Shown one piece after another: positions 1 to 13,100 of a stretch of 64,000 nucleotides of DNA (positions within the stretch are counted from its first letter, which is position 1; each line of letters opens with the position of its first letter). The position numbers were made by a program, and so were the translations under genes. Source of the stretch: Ruditapes philippinarum (Eukaryota); the NCBI RefSeq assembly GCF_026571515.1, contig NW_026862689.1:1-64000 (forward strand), given 5' to 3'. The notes beneath the pieces are model-generated. The model was not told the origin of the DNA. It worked only from the letters and a program-made list of their open reading frames with translations, and did not search any database.

Positions 1-165
1 ATATGTGAGTACTCATCACGTTCACCGCTATTAACTATATATTACACAAAAAATGAGCTTAATAACATATTCAATTAAGTTCCAATTATATAAGTAAACG
101 TAAACGTTTCTTGATTGTTCTCCAAGTGTACTTACTTCATCATTCATATGTATTTTGAATTTCAG

Positions 166-3100
166 TTCACCGTTCATGTTACCAAGGCGCTCACACACCC
201 TAGTAGTTGTTCATCCAAACCTAGGTTTAAACCCCGAGATGATACTGTCGCTCGGTCATATCCAGCACTATCAAATTACTCAGCATCTGTTACAACTTCC
301 GTTAGAAATGCAACGTAAGTGATTGTCTTGAAGTAAAGCCTGTTCGCCTTTATATGATAATGGATTGCTTGTTTGATTGGTTATACGGCGCACTAACACC
401 ATATAGGTCATATGGTGCCGACACATAAAAGATGACTGGCTAACCTCGGGTGTTAAAAGCTTCAAACAACACCAGGGGTCAAAACCACTTCACCCGTTGG
501 AGCTAAGAGATGCATAGACTCCAGTTATTCGAACCCATTTAGTCGCCTCTTACGATCACGCAGGCGATTAAACACAAAACGATCCAATGTACCACTGGTC
601 ATAACAGGACAATGAGTATTGTATGGAACGCCTGGACTGTCTTATGTTAAGATTGAATGATATACCTGGTTAAATGTCTTTCTGTTGAGTCCGAGATGCA
701 AAATGCTGGGTGGAAATCCTAATGTGCTCAGTTATTGAAGTGCTATGTTGTGTGCTGACTGTATTTTATTCAGTCCAGTCAATGTATTGTCGGGTGCATA
801 AGTCGTTATGTTCAGTTCTTAAAACAAACAGGCATGTGGAAACACAATTATGGTGAGTTAAAAAGATATGTTGTAGGGTGTTACAGTTATTATGTTCGGT
901 TATAATAATATGCTGTTTGGTGCTCTTCTCATCATGTTCAACCATGAAAATAAACAGTTGAGTGGTACTATCATTTTGTTTGGTTGAGGCAGTGTTATTA
1001 TGGGTGATCCTTTTATTATTTTCAGTTGCAATGACATGCTGTTGGGTGCTTTATTCCTTCTGTTCAGTCGTGAAATAGAACTGTTAAATGGTACAATCAT
1101 TATCTTAAATGGTACTATCATTATCTTGTGTGCTGATTATATCTTCTTCAGTCAAGTCAATGTGTTGTTCGGTGCAAAGGTCGTTATGTTCAGTGGTTTT
1201 TTGGTACTATCATTATGTTCAGTTCGGATGATATACTGTTCGGTGCAGAGGTCATTATGTTCAATAGTGAACACAAACTGTTGTGTGATACAACCATTAT
1301 GTTGGGTTCATTCGGATATTTTCGGGCAACAAGATGGGAGAGGTCACGTCGAGGCTAATGACCACTAAATTGCCAAAACAATTTTCTTCCCTATAAATAT
1401 TATCGGCTTAAGAACGTTATTTTCATAAATTGGACTTTTAAATACCCTATGGGTATTTATTAGTTAATTCATGACTATACTATACTGTTACAGTCATAAT
1501 GGGTACAGTATATATAAAACTTAAAATATGGGTAAGGGTAGCCTGTTAAAGTCACACGTGACCACCCGTAAATAAAACTTAAAATTTATCTGTTTGGTAA
1601 CCTATAAGAGTCACAAGTGGACACAGCAAACGAAATTTAAAATATAAAACATCATATTCAAGTAAGGGAACCCTATTTGAGTCACACATGGCCACAGTAT
1701 ATGGAGCATATAAGTAAGGGTAGCCTATTTAAGTCACATATGGCCACAGCATATACGACTTAAAATGTATTTGTCGGTAACTCATTTGAGTCACACATAA
1801 CCACAATAAATTGAACATAATATTTAAGTAAGGGAAACCTATTTGAGTCACACATGGCCACAGTATATGGAACATTAGATATAAGTAAAGGTAGCGCAAT
1901 AAAGTCACACATACCCACATTATTGAAGAACATTCTATATAAGTAAGGGAAACCTAATTGAGTCACACTAGGCCAAAATATATGGAACATTATGTTTAGT
2001 AAGGGAAACCTTTTTGAGTCACGCATAAACTAAAGTATATGGAACATTATATGTAAGTAAGGGTTAAGCCTAATAAAATTAGACTCAAATACATTTCCCT
2101 GACTTAAACATTATGTCTAATATATTGTGGCCATATGTGACTCAATTAGGTTTCACTTACTTATAAAGAATTTTCTTTATACTTTGGCCATGTTTGACTT
2201 TTATTAGGCCACACTTACTTAATATATAATGTTCCATTTACTGTGGTCATGTGTGTCTCAAAGGGGGTTCCATACTTAATATTTAAACGTTCTTTATACT
2301 GTGGCCATGTGTGGACTCAAAAATAGGTAATTGTTTTTGCAATTTAGTGGTCATTAGCCTCGACGTGACCTATGGAAATTAAGTTGCTCCCGCCCGCCAT
2401 CTTGTTTGACGCGAAGAAATCCGAATGAACCCAACATAATTGTATGACCCACTCAGCGCATTGTCAAATGACTTGTGCAACCGAACAGTATATCATCTTG
2501 AACTGAACATAATGACGGTATCACACCACATTTGTGTTCACTACTGAACATAATGACTTCAGCACCGAACAGAATATCATCTGAAACTGAACATAATGAC
2601 GGTATCACACAATATTTTGTGTTCACTACTGAACATAATGACTTCTGCACCGAACAGTATATTATCTGAACTGAACATAATGACTTCTGCACCGAACAGT
2701 ATATCATCTGAACTGAACATAATAACGGTCAAATCACACAACATTTTGTGTTCACTACTGAACATAATGACTTCTGCACCGAACAGTATATTATCTGAAC
2801 TGAACATAATGACTTCTGCACCGAACAGTATATCATCTGAACTGAACATAATGACCTCTGCAACCGAACAGTACATCATCTGAACTGAACATAATGACCT
2901 CTGCAACGAACAGTATATCATCTGAACTGAACATAATAACGGTATCACACAACATTTTGTGTTCACTACTTAACAGAATGACCTCTGCACCGAACAGTAC
3001 ATCATCTGAACTGAACATAATGATAGTACTATTCAACAGTTCTATTTCACGACTGAACAGTCTGAATAAAGCACCCAACAGCATGTCATTTCAACTGAAA

Positions 3101-5822
3101 ATGATAAAAGGATCACCCAATAATACACTGCCTCAGCCAAACGAAATGATAGTATCACTTAAACAGTTTATTTTCATGGGTTGAACATGATGAGAAGAGC
3201 TATTTCAACCGAACATAACAACTGTCATACCCTACAACATATCTTTTTAACTCAACATAATTGTGTTACCACATGCCTGTTTGTTTTAAGAACTGAACAT
3301 AACGACTTATGCACCCGACAATACATTGACTTGACTGAATAAAATACAGTCAGCACACAACATTACACTTCAATAACTGAGCTCATTTGGATTTCCACCC
3401 AGTATATTGGGATTTTTGACTCAGCATATTGTATCTCGGACTCAAAACAGAATCACATTTAACCATGTATATCAGTCATTCTACACATAAGACAGTCCAG
3501 GCGTTCCATAGTATTGTATTGCAGGACTTTGCATGGTTTATCATTTTATAAACGAGTTTTGGCGATTCTGACGAGCTTCCAGAACACATTTCCTGATACA
3601 ACCTTAAACGCTAAAATTGCCGTTTTACGGAAGTTCTTGCCGTTTTTTACATGTATAAAGAAATAAGATGGATATGTGTTACTAATAAGACTTGTTGTAT
3701 TCCCGCAATAGATTGCAAACAGGCGGCGTCATTTTATAAACATATATCTTAAATTTGTGTCCTTTATAAACAATACTGAGAAAAATTTAAACGAATTTTA
3801 CAGAATTCTCACAGTTGGACACCAAGGCACAATCTTTCAGCATAATACCAACAATTCTGGAACAACAGAGACCGCAGGGTGGACCCTGTCCGCTAATGAC
3901 ACTGGTGTTTATAGAACCTGCTTTATGTTGTACGACAGTGATGGGTAAACGGTTTCTTTTTTCAACAGAATTAAATAAGTAAAATACAAAGCACTGTCAA
4001 CACAACTAACAATTAATATTCAATCGCAGTAAAATATTGGGATTCAAACATTATAGTGGAATACATATAAACCTTACCAAACTTTTGGTGATTTTAAAAC
4101 GTTTTTGAGCTTATTAAGTATTTGTATACTATTAATTTAAACTTACATTAGTTAACCAATCTGACTAAAGTTCTGATTCTTGTGTTAACCAGATTGATTA
4201 ACTAAACCATCTACATTCATCAAATATGTCTACAATTGTCGTTCATATCATAGTGTGAACAAATAAATGTCTCTCTTTAATTGAAATCGTTCGTCCTACA
4301 TGTTTTTTTTTAATTTATTATTTTTATTTTTGTTTAAGGGTCCCTGGTGAAACTATATGTGACACACTGCTGGCAGGAGGTCAGTAGAATAGTTTTGTCA
4401 AAAACTTTAGTTTGATAATCATTCAATATTCATAGACGGAAATGTCCATATTTCAATTTAAAGGGATACTCAGGCAAATTAATGACAAAAATATCTTATG
4501 TAATCAAATCACGCTAAAATGACATTTGTAAAAGTCCCTCAACGAATTTCTGTATAATTGCTATATAATTTGGTTTTGAAGCGTAAATATATCTATATAT
4601 GTTGTACGAAATTTAACCGCCGACAAAATCACCGAGTAGTTTTAAAACTAGTCATGTGACTTGAAAAAACCCCGGAAGTTACAATAACAGATATTGTGGA
4701 TATTGTATGATTGACACAAAGCTAAATCATTCCTTTGACGAGTTCTTTAATGTTTCCAGAGTTCACTGAGACAACTAATTAATGTGATATCTTGTGACCC
4801 ATGTGGGTCAAGTTAAGAAACCACCATTTTATTCTTTATAAGTCCTGTGACTGCCTATTGTATTCATTTTGAGGACATTTACAGATTAATGAATGAAATA
4901 TTCAAAACGAAGAAATGAAAATTGTGCATGTGTCTCCTTTTAAGTCAGAAATAGAAAGTGATTATTTATCTTATTCATGCAGTATTTCTGCTGAAGCCGG
5001 TGGTAGGGGGCGCAGACGGTAGTTTTTTTTTATCCAGCAACGTCCATGAACAGGCTTAATCAAACAGAACCTGCACAATTTTAGATTATGCCATTTTTGG
5101 AGTTCCATAGGTTTTTTCCCTCTATCTTTTCATATACATGAACTTGATAACTTACAAATTAATCGGTTCGTTTGCACATATTGAATCAGAAGCTTCAAAA
5201 ATTTCGTTGTTCCTTAAAAAACAAAACAAAAAAAACCCCTCTATATTAATTAGCAACATATTTGAGGTAACCAGATTTTGAAAAGGAGTGTGTTTGCATT
5301 TTAGATACTGATGAATGTGCACGGAATGACACGTGCATTGATAAACCATGTAGGCACTGCACGAACTACTGGCATTATTACACGTGCTATTATGATAGTT
5401 GTGAAGGTAATGTTTTATTTCACTGCAGTCATGTAAATTGATATTTGTACGAACTTAACACACATACTTCTTACTTAGCCCTTTTAAAAATAATTCCAGG
5501 GTTTTGCAATGGAAAATTGAAAAGATATGTTTCCTTTGTAAATAAAGCCATTTTATGACCTTCATCTGAAAACATTTTTATATCTTAAGAAAATAAATTT
5601 GTTGATGATCAATAACAGTTTACATTCAATTTCTACCATTTCATGTGTATTTATATTTCAGAGAAACAACTAAGTATAGGACTAATAATAGGTGCTGCAA
5701 TTGGATGCGTAATTCTTCTTGTTGCCATGGCAACAGCAATATGCTTATACCTGAAGTATGTTAAAAGGAAAAGAAATAAAGTGAAAGAATTAACTATCAC
5801 AGATAAACAAGAACTAAAATGA
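166..5822 (+). CDS. 3' part of a single-pass type I membrane protein (5' exons lie outside the window); resembles invertebrate 'integrin beta-like'/VWDE-type ectodomain proteins
   Basis: Phase-consistent GT-AG exons 166-314, 3804-3944, 4339-4379 and 5662-5822 give FTVHV...SCSSKPRFKP...WTLSANDTGVYRTCFMLYDSDGVPGETICDTLLAGEKQ-LSIGLIIGAAIGCVILLVAMATAICLYL-KYVKRKRNK...ELK*. This is a hydrophobic TM helix followed by a basic stop-transfer tail. AATAAA overlaps the stop codon. Family assignment is from motif resemblance only. Confidence 0.75.
363..570 (-). mobile_element. SINE/retroposon 3' fragment
   Basis: The minus strand carries CGTAAGAGGCGACTAA and a tail (ATATGACCTATA...GTG...CAAACAA) that resembles the tail of the SINE at 14280-14490. 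Confidence 0.5.
1480..2325. repeat. ~60-bp repeat array in the core of the foldback element; direct copies (~1480-2070) followed by inverted copies (~2100-2325)
   Basis: Recurrent unit TAAGTAAGGGAACCTATTTGAGTCACACATGGCCACAGTATATGGAACATTA and its reverse complement. Confidence 0.75.
2480..3020. repeat. 42-bp minisatellite expanded in the right arm of the foldback element
   Basis: TGAACATAAT recurs at 2588, 2630, 2672, 2714, 2759, 2801 and 2843. Only a few copies are present in the left arm. Confidence 0.85.
4462..4939. mobile_element. Degenerate Kolobok-like MITE with TTAA flanks
   Basis: TTAA|AGGGATACTCAGGCAAAT ... ATTGTGCATGTGTCTCCTT|TTAA; the TIRs are imperfect. Confidence 0.4.
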
Positions 5823-5843
5823 ATAAAACATGTGTGTTTTATT
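5822..5843. terminator. Palindromic pair of polyadenylation signals between convergent genes
   Basis: AATAAAACA-TGTG-TGTTTTATT gives AATAAA on + at 5822-5827 and on - at 5843-5838. Confidence 0.45.
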
Positions 5844-6775
5844 AATGAACTAACTGGTTAATTATCACAGGATGGTGAAAATATTATTCTTGGTCAAAGG
5901 AAAAGACATTTAAACATACATGAATTAATTACTTTACATATTATATAAAGTGTCAACTTAAACTGACATTGAACAATTTTGCTATTAAATATGTACATAT
6001 TCTACATACATTGTTCAAACAACAAAAAAATCCCACACCAAAATACAACATTTATATGTTAAAATGATTAGTATGTGTGTAAAAATAAAAGTTGTTTAAA
6101 ACCACATGGATTTGTTGATCTTATTTTGTTAACTTGTTAATAAATGGAAAATAATTTATAATATCAATGAATTAATCAGTACACAAGAACTTATCTCCCT
6201 TGTACTGATTTAAAACTGGAAAAATGGACAGGTGCCATTTTTAGCGTCTTTGGCAAGACAACCTGGCAGAACACACTCAAAAATAGATTAAACTCTGCAC
6301 ATAACACTAAAATTTACATTTAAAACATTGTACATAATAATATAAAAAGAATTCAAATATGTAAATAATTAAAATATTAGTTATAACAATTAATGCAGTG
6401 AGGAAACTTAATCTTAATAAAAAGTATAAACAATTTTAAATAACTATGTGTCATTACTAGCCAAAAAGTAACTAAAACAATGGTAATCTGTATAAACACA
6501 TTCTAGACAATATCATTCTTGAAATTACCAGTTCTATAGCTATAATTGTCTTAAATCTTAATTTCTACAAACACAAGTGTTCATATAAACTAAAGGAAGA
6601 CCCAACAATTCATTATTTCCGACATGACTGGACAACCTGTTAATACATATGAACTTTAACTTCTTTAAGACATTCAAACACAATCATTTCCTAAACAATT
6701 TGGCCACATTCTATTAAATATCTAAGACATAAATCTTTGAACCTTATTATAAGAACAATATTGACAATGATAAAT

Positions 6776-7010
6776 GAGCCGCGTCATGACAAAATTAACA
6801 TAATGGGTTTGCAACCAGCATGGATCCAGACCAGCCTGCGCATCCGCGCAGTCTGATAAGGATCCATGCTGTTCGCTTACAAACCCTATTACAAGTAGAG
6901 AAAATGATAGTGAACGGCATGGATCCTGATCAGACTGCGCGGATGCGCAGGCTGGTCTGGATCCATGCTGGTCGCAAACCCATTATGTTGGTTTTGTCAT
7001 GACGAGGCTC
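6776..7010. mobile_element. 235-bp palindromic MITE, Sola-like (GAG...CTC ends, AAAT TSD), in the presumed TTL 3' UTR
   Basis: About 100-bp inverted arms; AAAT at 6772-6775 and 7011-7014; a second copy lies at 61337-61569. Confidence 0.85.
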
Positions 7011-7129
7011 AAATAAACAAAGATAACAGATGAAAAAAAATTGCACATTAAACATAAAAGACTCCCCTAAATCCCTATAACATAACATGACATTATATAG
7101 TATAATGTTTCCATGGCAACAAGAGTACA

Positions 7130-10100
7130 TCAAGAGATCTTGGTGAACCATGTATCCCCTTTTCTTGGCTTTCTTGGTGGAAATATAGGATCTATTGCTG
7201 TTTGGACAATACTTCGAGCCATGTGTGGTAACAGGTGCCTGTAATAAATAATGTCAGAATTATATAATTTTTGAAAATCTCATATCTTGTTTATTTCCAC
7301 ATTTTTTGACATTTTGAAAGCAGAATTTATCAAAATCAAAAAATAGGATGAGAAAACTTTCCAAAGACAAAGTTTTTGAAGTTAAGTACTTTAATGAGCA
7401 TGTCATTTTCTCAAATACGTCTTTTAGAACAAGCCCTGTAACATGTTTCCCCATAAATCTACACTTCAAATAACAAATTATACATTCATGACATTTGTGA
7501 TTAAAATTAAACATTTATTTTTTTTCAAAATTAAACATTTTTTTTCTTCAAAATTACTCTGTTTTGAAATATAATAATGATAGATTTTCATAATATTTCT
7601 AAAGCTTAAAGCTAAGCAAGGGCAGAATATCATTTTATAGCATGAATATATGCATGTTTTATGAATAACCTGATGGGGATCTTTTAATTTTGCTGTTTCA
7701 CACAGATCATAGCTATTGCAAAATAAAACTTGGACCTAGTGAATGTCACATGACATTCTGTTAGTGTTACATAGATATGTTCAAACTAGAACTATCGCTG
7801 AATGAGATTCATACCCCCACCAATGTCCTTGACAGAAGACGACTTGGAAAGGTGGTTAAGAGAATAACTTTAGTGGCACAAATACATATACATAAAAAGA
7901 AATTATCTCTGGTGAAAAAAAGACAAATTGTACAGGTAATAGTATAAATATATATTGTCAAATCATGTTTGAAACAGTTACAAATAACCTTTCATTTTCC
8001 CAATGTACTTAACAAACAAAAGCAGTAATGTTGAGAAAATAGCATAACTATGTCAAAATGTAATTCAGAGTGGAAAAACTTTGCATACTGAGGTTACTTG
8101 TGACCCTTCATATATTATATAGTTTCAAGTGGATATCTCTTCTAGTTTCAGAAACATTTAAGTATTAATGGTTATATCAGAACATTTTCTAAGCCTAAAA
8201 GGGACATAACTTGTGTCATAATTCAATGGAATTGTAGAATTTTTGTCATCTGAGCTTGCTTGTAACCATTCATATCAATTTCAAGTTTCAAGTAAATATC
8301 TGTTCTGGTTTAAGAAATATTATAGTAAATAAATTTAAAGACATAAAAATGGACTTTATTAGGTTTTACATCAACCCTTTAGGTCATATATCAACGTTCC
8401 AGCTTTACTGGTGGAGGAAGACCTCAATCTCATGTGCCCTTTTGTGCATTATTTCAGGCACAAACTGGTACCCGAGTAGAACCACAGACGTTCCATAGGC
8501 TAGCTGGATAGCTTCCTCACATGAAAGAATTCAAAGTCTCTGTTGAGATTCGAACCCACAGTGATGAGGGGCAAGTGGTGGGGGTATAATTACAATAATG
8601 TCATGGCTTCTTTCTGGAACAACTGTCATCAATGTACGTATGACGGGTGAAGAGGGAGACAAGGTGGCAAAATGTGTTGAGGTGGCAAAATGTGTTAACG
8701 TTTTTCCGCATATTTACTGACAGTAAAAACATACTGGGCACATGCTGGAGCTCCGTTCACCTCTATCAACCAAACTTTCATGTTGTCATCTAGCAAGAAA
8801 TCAAATCCAAACAACTGAAAACACACATATCCCAGACCCTTTGTATTTATTTTCTGAAATAAAAAAATAAACAAGCTGATTTTCTTTATTTCATTACAGC
8901 ATTAAGACTAGTGATGTTCCGATTGTCGCAAGTCACCTATTATCAGTTACTGTTATGTAAAGCAACTATAATCAATTCACAAAAATTTGTTCCGTGACAT
9001 CGTCGAAAATGTTTTAAGTATCAAAGGGAATTAATTCTGACGGTAATTTTCTTTTAGGAACACCTCGCCGATCGCAAAAAATCATCTCAGAGACAATTTA
9101 GAGTTGAACAGGATCAATATAGTAATATAATGTGATGTGAATGTTATTTGACATCCATTGAAAAATAAAATCTATTTCATATATTTATGACTATATAAGG
9201 TTAAAACTGTATTGAAAAGTACTAAATGAAGTTCATGTTACTGAATGTTATCAAGTGCCTTGGGAACAAATGTTACTTCCCTATTTCTTTTTAACGCGAC
9301 TGTATTTGAAAAGTTATCGATTATGTCCCATCCGACTGAACCGATGATCGATTGGGACAAATTTCATCCAATTTCCATCACTAATTAAGACAACCTTTTA
9401 ATTATATAAGCACATATAAAATTTATAATTATATTTCCTATGGCACTGAGTGAAATATCTATTCATACAGAATATCACAAAGAAACATAAACAAACAAAC
9501 AAGCAAACAAAAATAACTCAATAATTTGGTATCTTACAGAAATAAAGAAATGTCATCAGCAACAAATTAAAGAGAAAATTAACAACACATGCTTGTATCA
9601 AGATTATGAAACAAGCTCCTTAATAAATAACACTCTGCTTATTTCAGCAAGAGCTACATTAAATATCACACAAAAATGTGTGAAGTTTAAAGTCACATGA
9701 CTACCTGCAGTGGTTAAAGAGATATGAAATTGCATGATAAACAAAAATCAAATGTTACAATAATGAAGACACAGGGTCAAATGTGTGTAGCGTCTCAGTA
9801 GTGATTCTAAAATTGTTGAAAAAGAAAAATAAACACTAAAATTTGGGAACAAAATCCTTCCTGAATAATGTTGAATCTTACCTCTTTAACAAGAAAGAAA
9901 CATCTTTTCACAATGTCCTTGATTTGTGGTATAATAGATGCTTCCATTGTAGTGCCATGTGTATCCATTAAATATCTGAATAAGTGAAATACAAAGCATT
10001 AGTATTGCTTTTTAGACTTATGGTTTAAAAATAATGTTTTTTTTTATTATAAAACAATAGTGAATACTGTAATAAAAAATCATTAGAATTTTCTTTTGGT

Positions 10101-13100
10101 TGGCAATGCTCAAATTTGATAAAAAAAAAAGAATGCTGCAAAAACAAGAACTGTCGGAGGACAGTAACGCTCGACTATTCGAAAATTTGTCACAAGGGTG
10201 TTTCATTGAGTATAATAATGCTTACCTATATGAATACATAAAATTGTACGAAAAGGTACAAACCCTTCAAGTTTCAATACAATCACAGAGAACAAGTCTG
10301 TGACGTTTCAATCCATTCCCTTCAGTAGTTATGGAGATACCAGCTTACACACAAAAACTTAACCACGAATTTATGAATCGAAAAAGGGGAATAATTATGC
10401 GAAAAAGTATATCAGAGTTATGGCACTTGTGCCAATCATCTTAAATAATATCACAGAGACCAAGTGTGTGAAGTTTCAATCCATTCCCTTCAGTAGTTAT
10501 GGAGATACCAGCTTACACGCAAAAACTTAACCAAGAATTTCTAAGATAAAAAAGTGGCATAATTATGCAAAAAAGCAAATCAGAGTTATGGGACTTGTGC
10601 CAATCATCTTAGATAATCACAGAGACCAAGTGTGTGAAGTTTCAATTCATTCCCTTCAGTAGTTATGGAGATACCAGCTTACACGCAAAAACTTAACCAA
10701 GAATTTCTAAGTCGAACAAGGGGCATTTTTATGTAAAAAAGCAATTCAGAGTTATGGGACTTGTGCCAATCATCTTACATAATCACAGAGAACAAGTGCG
10801 TGAAGTTTCAATCCATTCCCTTCAGTAGTTATGGAGATACCAGCTTACATACAAAAACTTAACCAAGAATTTCTAAGTCGAAAAAGGGGCATAATTATGT
10901 AAAAAAACAAATAAGAGTTATGGGACTTGTGCCAATCATCTTAGATAATCACAGAGAACAAGTGTGTGAAGTTTCAATCCATTCCCTTCAGTAGTTATGG
11001 AGATACCAGCTTACATACAAAAACTTAACCAAGAATTTCTAAGTCGAAAAAGGGGCATAATTATGTAAAAAAGCAAATCAGAGTTATGGGACTTGTGCCA
11101 ATCATCTTACATAATCACAGAGAACAAGTGTGTGAAGTTTCAATCCATTCCCTTCAGTAGTTATGGAGACACCAGCTTACATACAAAAACTTAACCAAGA
11201 ATTTCTAAGTCGAAAAAGGGGCATAATTATGTAAAAAAGCAAATCAGAGTTATGGGACTTGTGCCAATCATCTCAGATAATCACAGAGAACAAGTGTGTG
11301 AAGTTTCAATCCATTCCCTTCAGTAGTTATGAAGATACCAGCTTACATACAAAAACTTAACCACAGGGACGCCGACGCCGACAAATGGGTGACTGCATTA
11401 GCTTGATTATTCTACGAATAGTCGAGCTAAAAACCCAAATAATAAATAAAATATATTTATTTTAGCAGATCTGGAATACTCTCTAGTCTGCTTTCTGAAA
11501 CTAACCAATACTGGTGTCATATGAAGAATATAGTTGTATCACAAGTAGGGCTCAAACCCACAGTCCCTGGGTTGAGAGGCAGACATCTTAACTACAATGC
11601 CTTAACTACCACCTCTCTCCTTATTAAAATAATACATTTAAGGAATAAAGTTACTATAGTATGTCCCATTAAGTGTCAGAATGCTTGTGTTGATAATAAC
11701 CTGCCTGTGCCATTTATTCAGAACAGTAATCACTTTACTCAGACTGACTATATCTTATTCTGTTGACTGTTTTTCAAAGTATTTTGAAATTGAAAGTTGG
11801 ATGGTACAAATTCCAGTTCAATTTTTATTTTTAGCAGTTAAGGTTACAAGGTCATAGTGATTTTGTACAATATTCTCAAGCAACAGGTATGACAAATTAC
11901 ATACATGTACATGTAAATATTTTCTAATAAACATTTGAAACAATTAAAGCAATGTTTGGATTATTATTGTATAACATGTACATGTATATACCTATGCAGG
12001 AGAAAGAAAAACAATATTCAACTCAATTCTTTGATTATATACATCTATAAACCTCTCTCTATATTTGATATTGAATGTTACAGTATGAGTTTATGTGTAA
12101 AATTTATCACAGATATTTCTGTCAAGACTATTTCAATGTATAATACTGATGCATTTTGAAAAATAAAGGGAGATAAATTATTTTTTTTCAAATTTACATG
12201 TTACAAGTTACCTGTTAAACTGATCAAAGAACATTTCATTCCCATCTTCATACAGACCAAAGTTTGATGACCTTTCCTCCTGTAGGCAATGATTAGTCAG
12301 GTGACTTGTGACCTTTGAAAGGTCATCAGGGTCATAGGATTCAGAGGAAGTTCTTAAAACACCTTCTCTAAACAAATATACATTAAAATTGGAATCTAGT
12401 AGTACCCAGCTCCTGAAAAAAACATGTATCTGTGCTTAGTTTAAGATCTACCCAATATATATAATATTGCAATTACATTAATTCTTTTTATCAGGTTTAC
12501 TGTCACACCAACACTGGTGAATATTTCAGTTTTACTGATGGAGGAAGACATCAGGGGCATGCACTTTCATGCATTATTTCAAGCATAAGTTGGTACCTGA
12601 ATAGAACCCTTTTACCTTCCATAAGCTAGCTTGATAGCTTCTTCACATGACCAATTCCAGAAAAGTTCCTCGTGCGATTCTAAGCTGCAGTAGTGGGGGG
12701 CAAGTGTGATTTAATATTGTCACTATTTATGTTATAAATATCAATAATTAAGTATAATCAGGAACTTAGGGAAAGTACAAAATGATGTTTTTCAAACAGT
12801 GAACATTTGCCTATTTTGCATTGTTTATGTTTAAGAAAAAAATTAATTAGTGTGGACGTAAACCAGAACAGAGACAGAGAACACTTGTAAATCAAACTAT
12901 TTGCAAGTAAGTAGGTATGCAAGAATATAAAGAAGACTAAGTATATTCACACAATTAATGGACTAAACTACACAAAACATATCATGAAAACAGGATACAA
13001 ACAAAAATGTCTTAAATTTCATACAAAAAACCCTATAATTTTTCAGTTTTACTAACATGCTTGACCTTTATCATGTCCAATTGTTAAGTGTAAGGATATC

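Larger units (their letters stand above)
622..3510. mobile_element. Non-autonomous foldback DNA transposon, IS3EU-like (TATGG...CCATA termini, 6-bp TSD GTATTG)
   Basis: The ends TATGGAACGCCTGGACTGTCTTATGT (622) and ACATAAGACAGTCCAGGCGTTCCATA (ending 3510) are exact reverse complements. GTATTG flanks both sides (616-621, 3511-3516). The long inverted arms are ~622-1385 and ~2328-3510. Confidence 0.8.

Noticed and set aside
2480-3020. CRISPR-like repeat periodicity here and in the 145-170 bp arrays
   Set aside because: The units are tandem with no unique spacers, there are no cas genes, and the context is eukaryotic introns.
900-3184. Many overlapping ORFs with repeated peptides (NIMTSAPNS..., AEVIMFSS...)
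   Set aside because: They are translations of the 42-bp minisatellite and inverted arms. They are open in several frames on both strands and show no protein signature.
4760-4815. Possible extra exon after TTTCCAG
   Set aside because: It lies inside a MITE-like element, and the gene model is already phase-complete without it.
6820-7002. 60-aa ORF MDPDQPAHPR..., also at 61381-61563
   Set aside because: It is the translation of a palindromic MITE, not a gene family.
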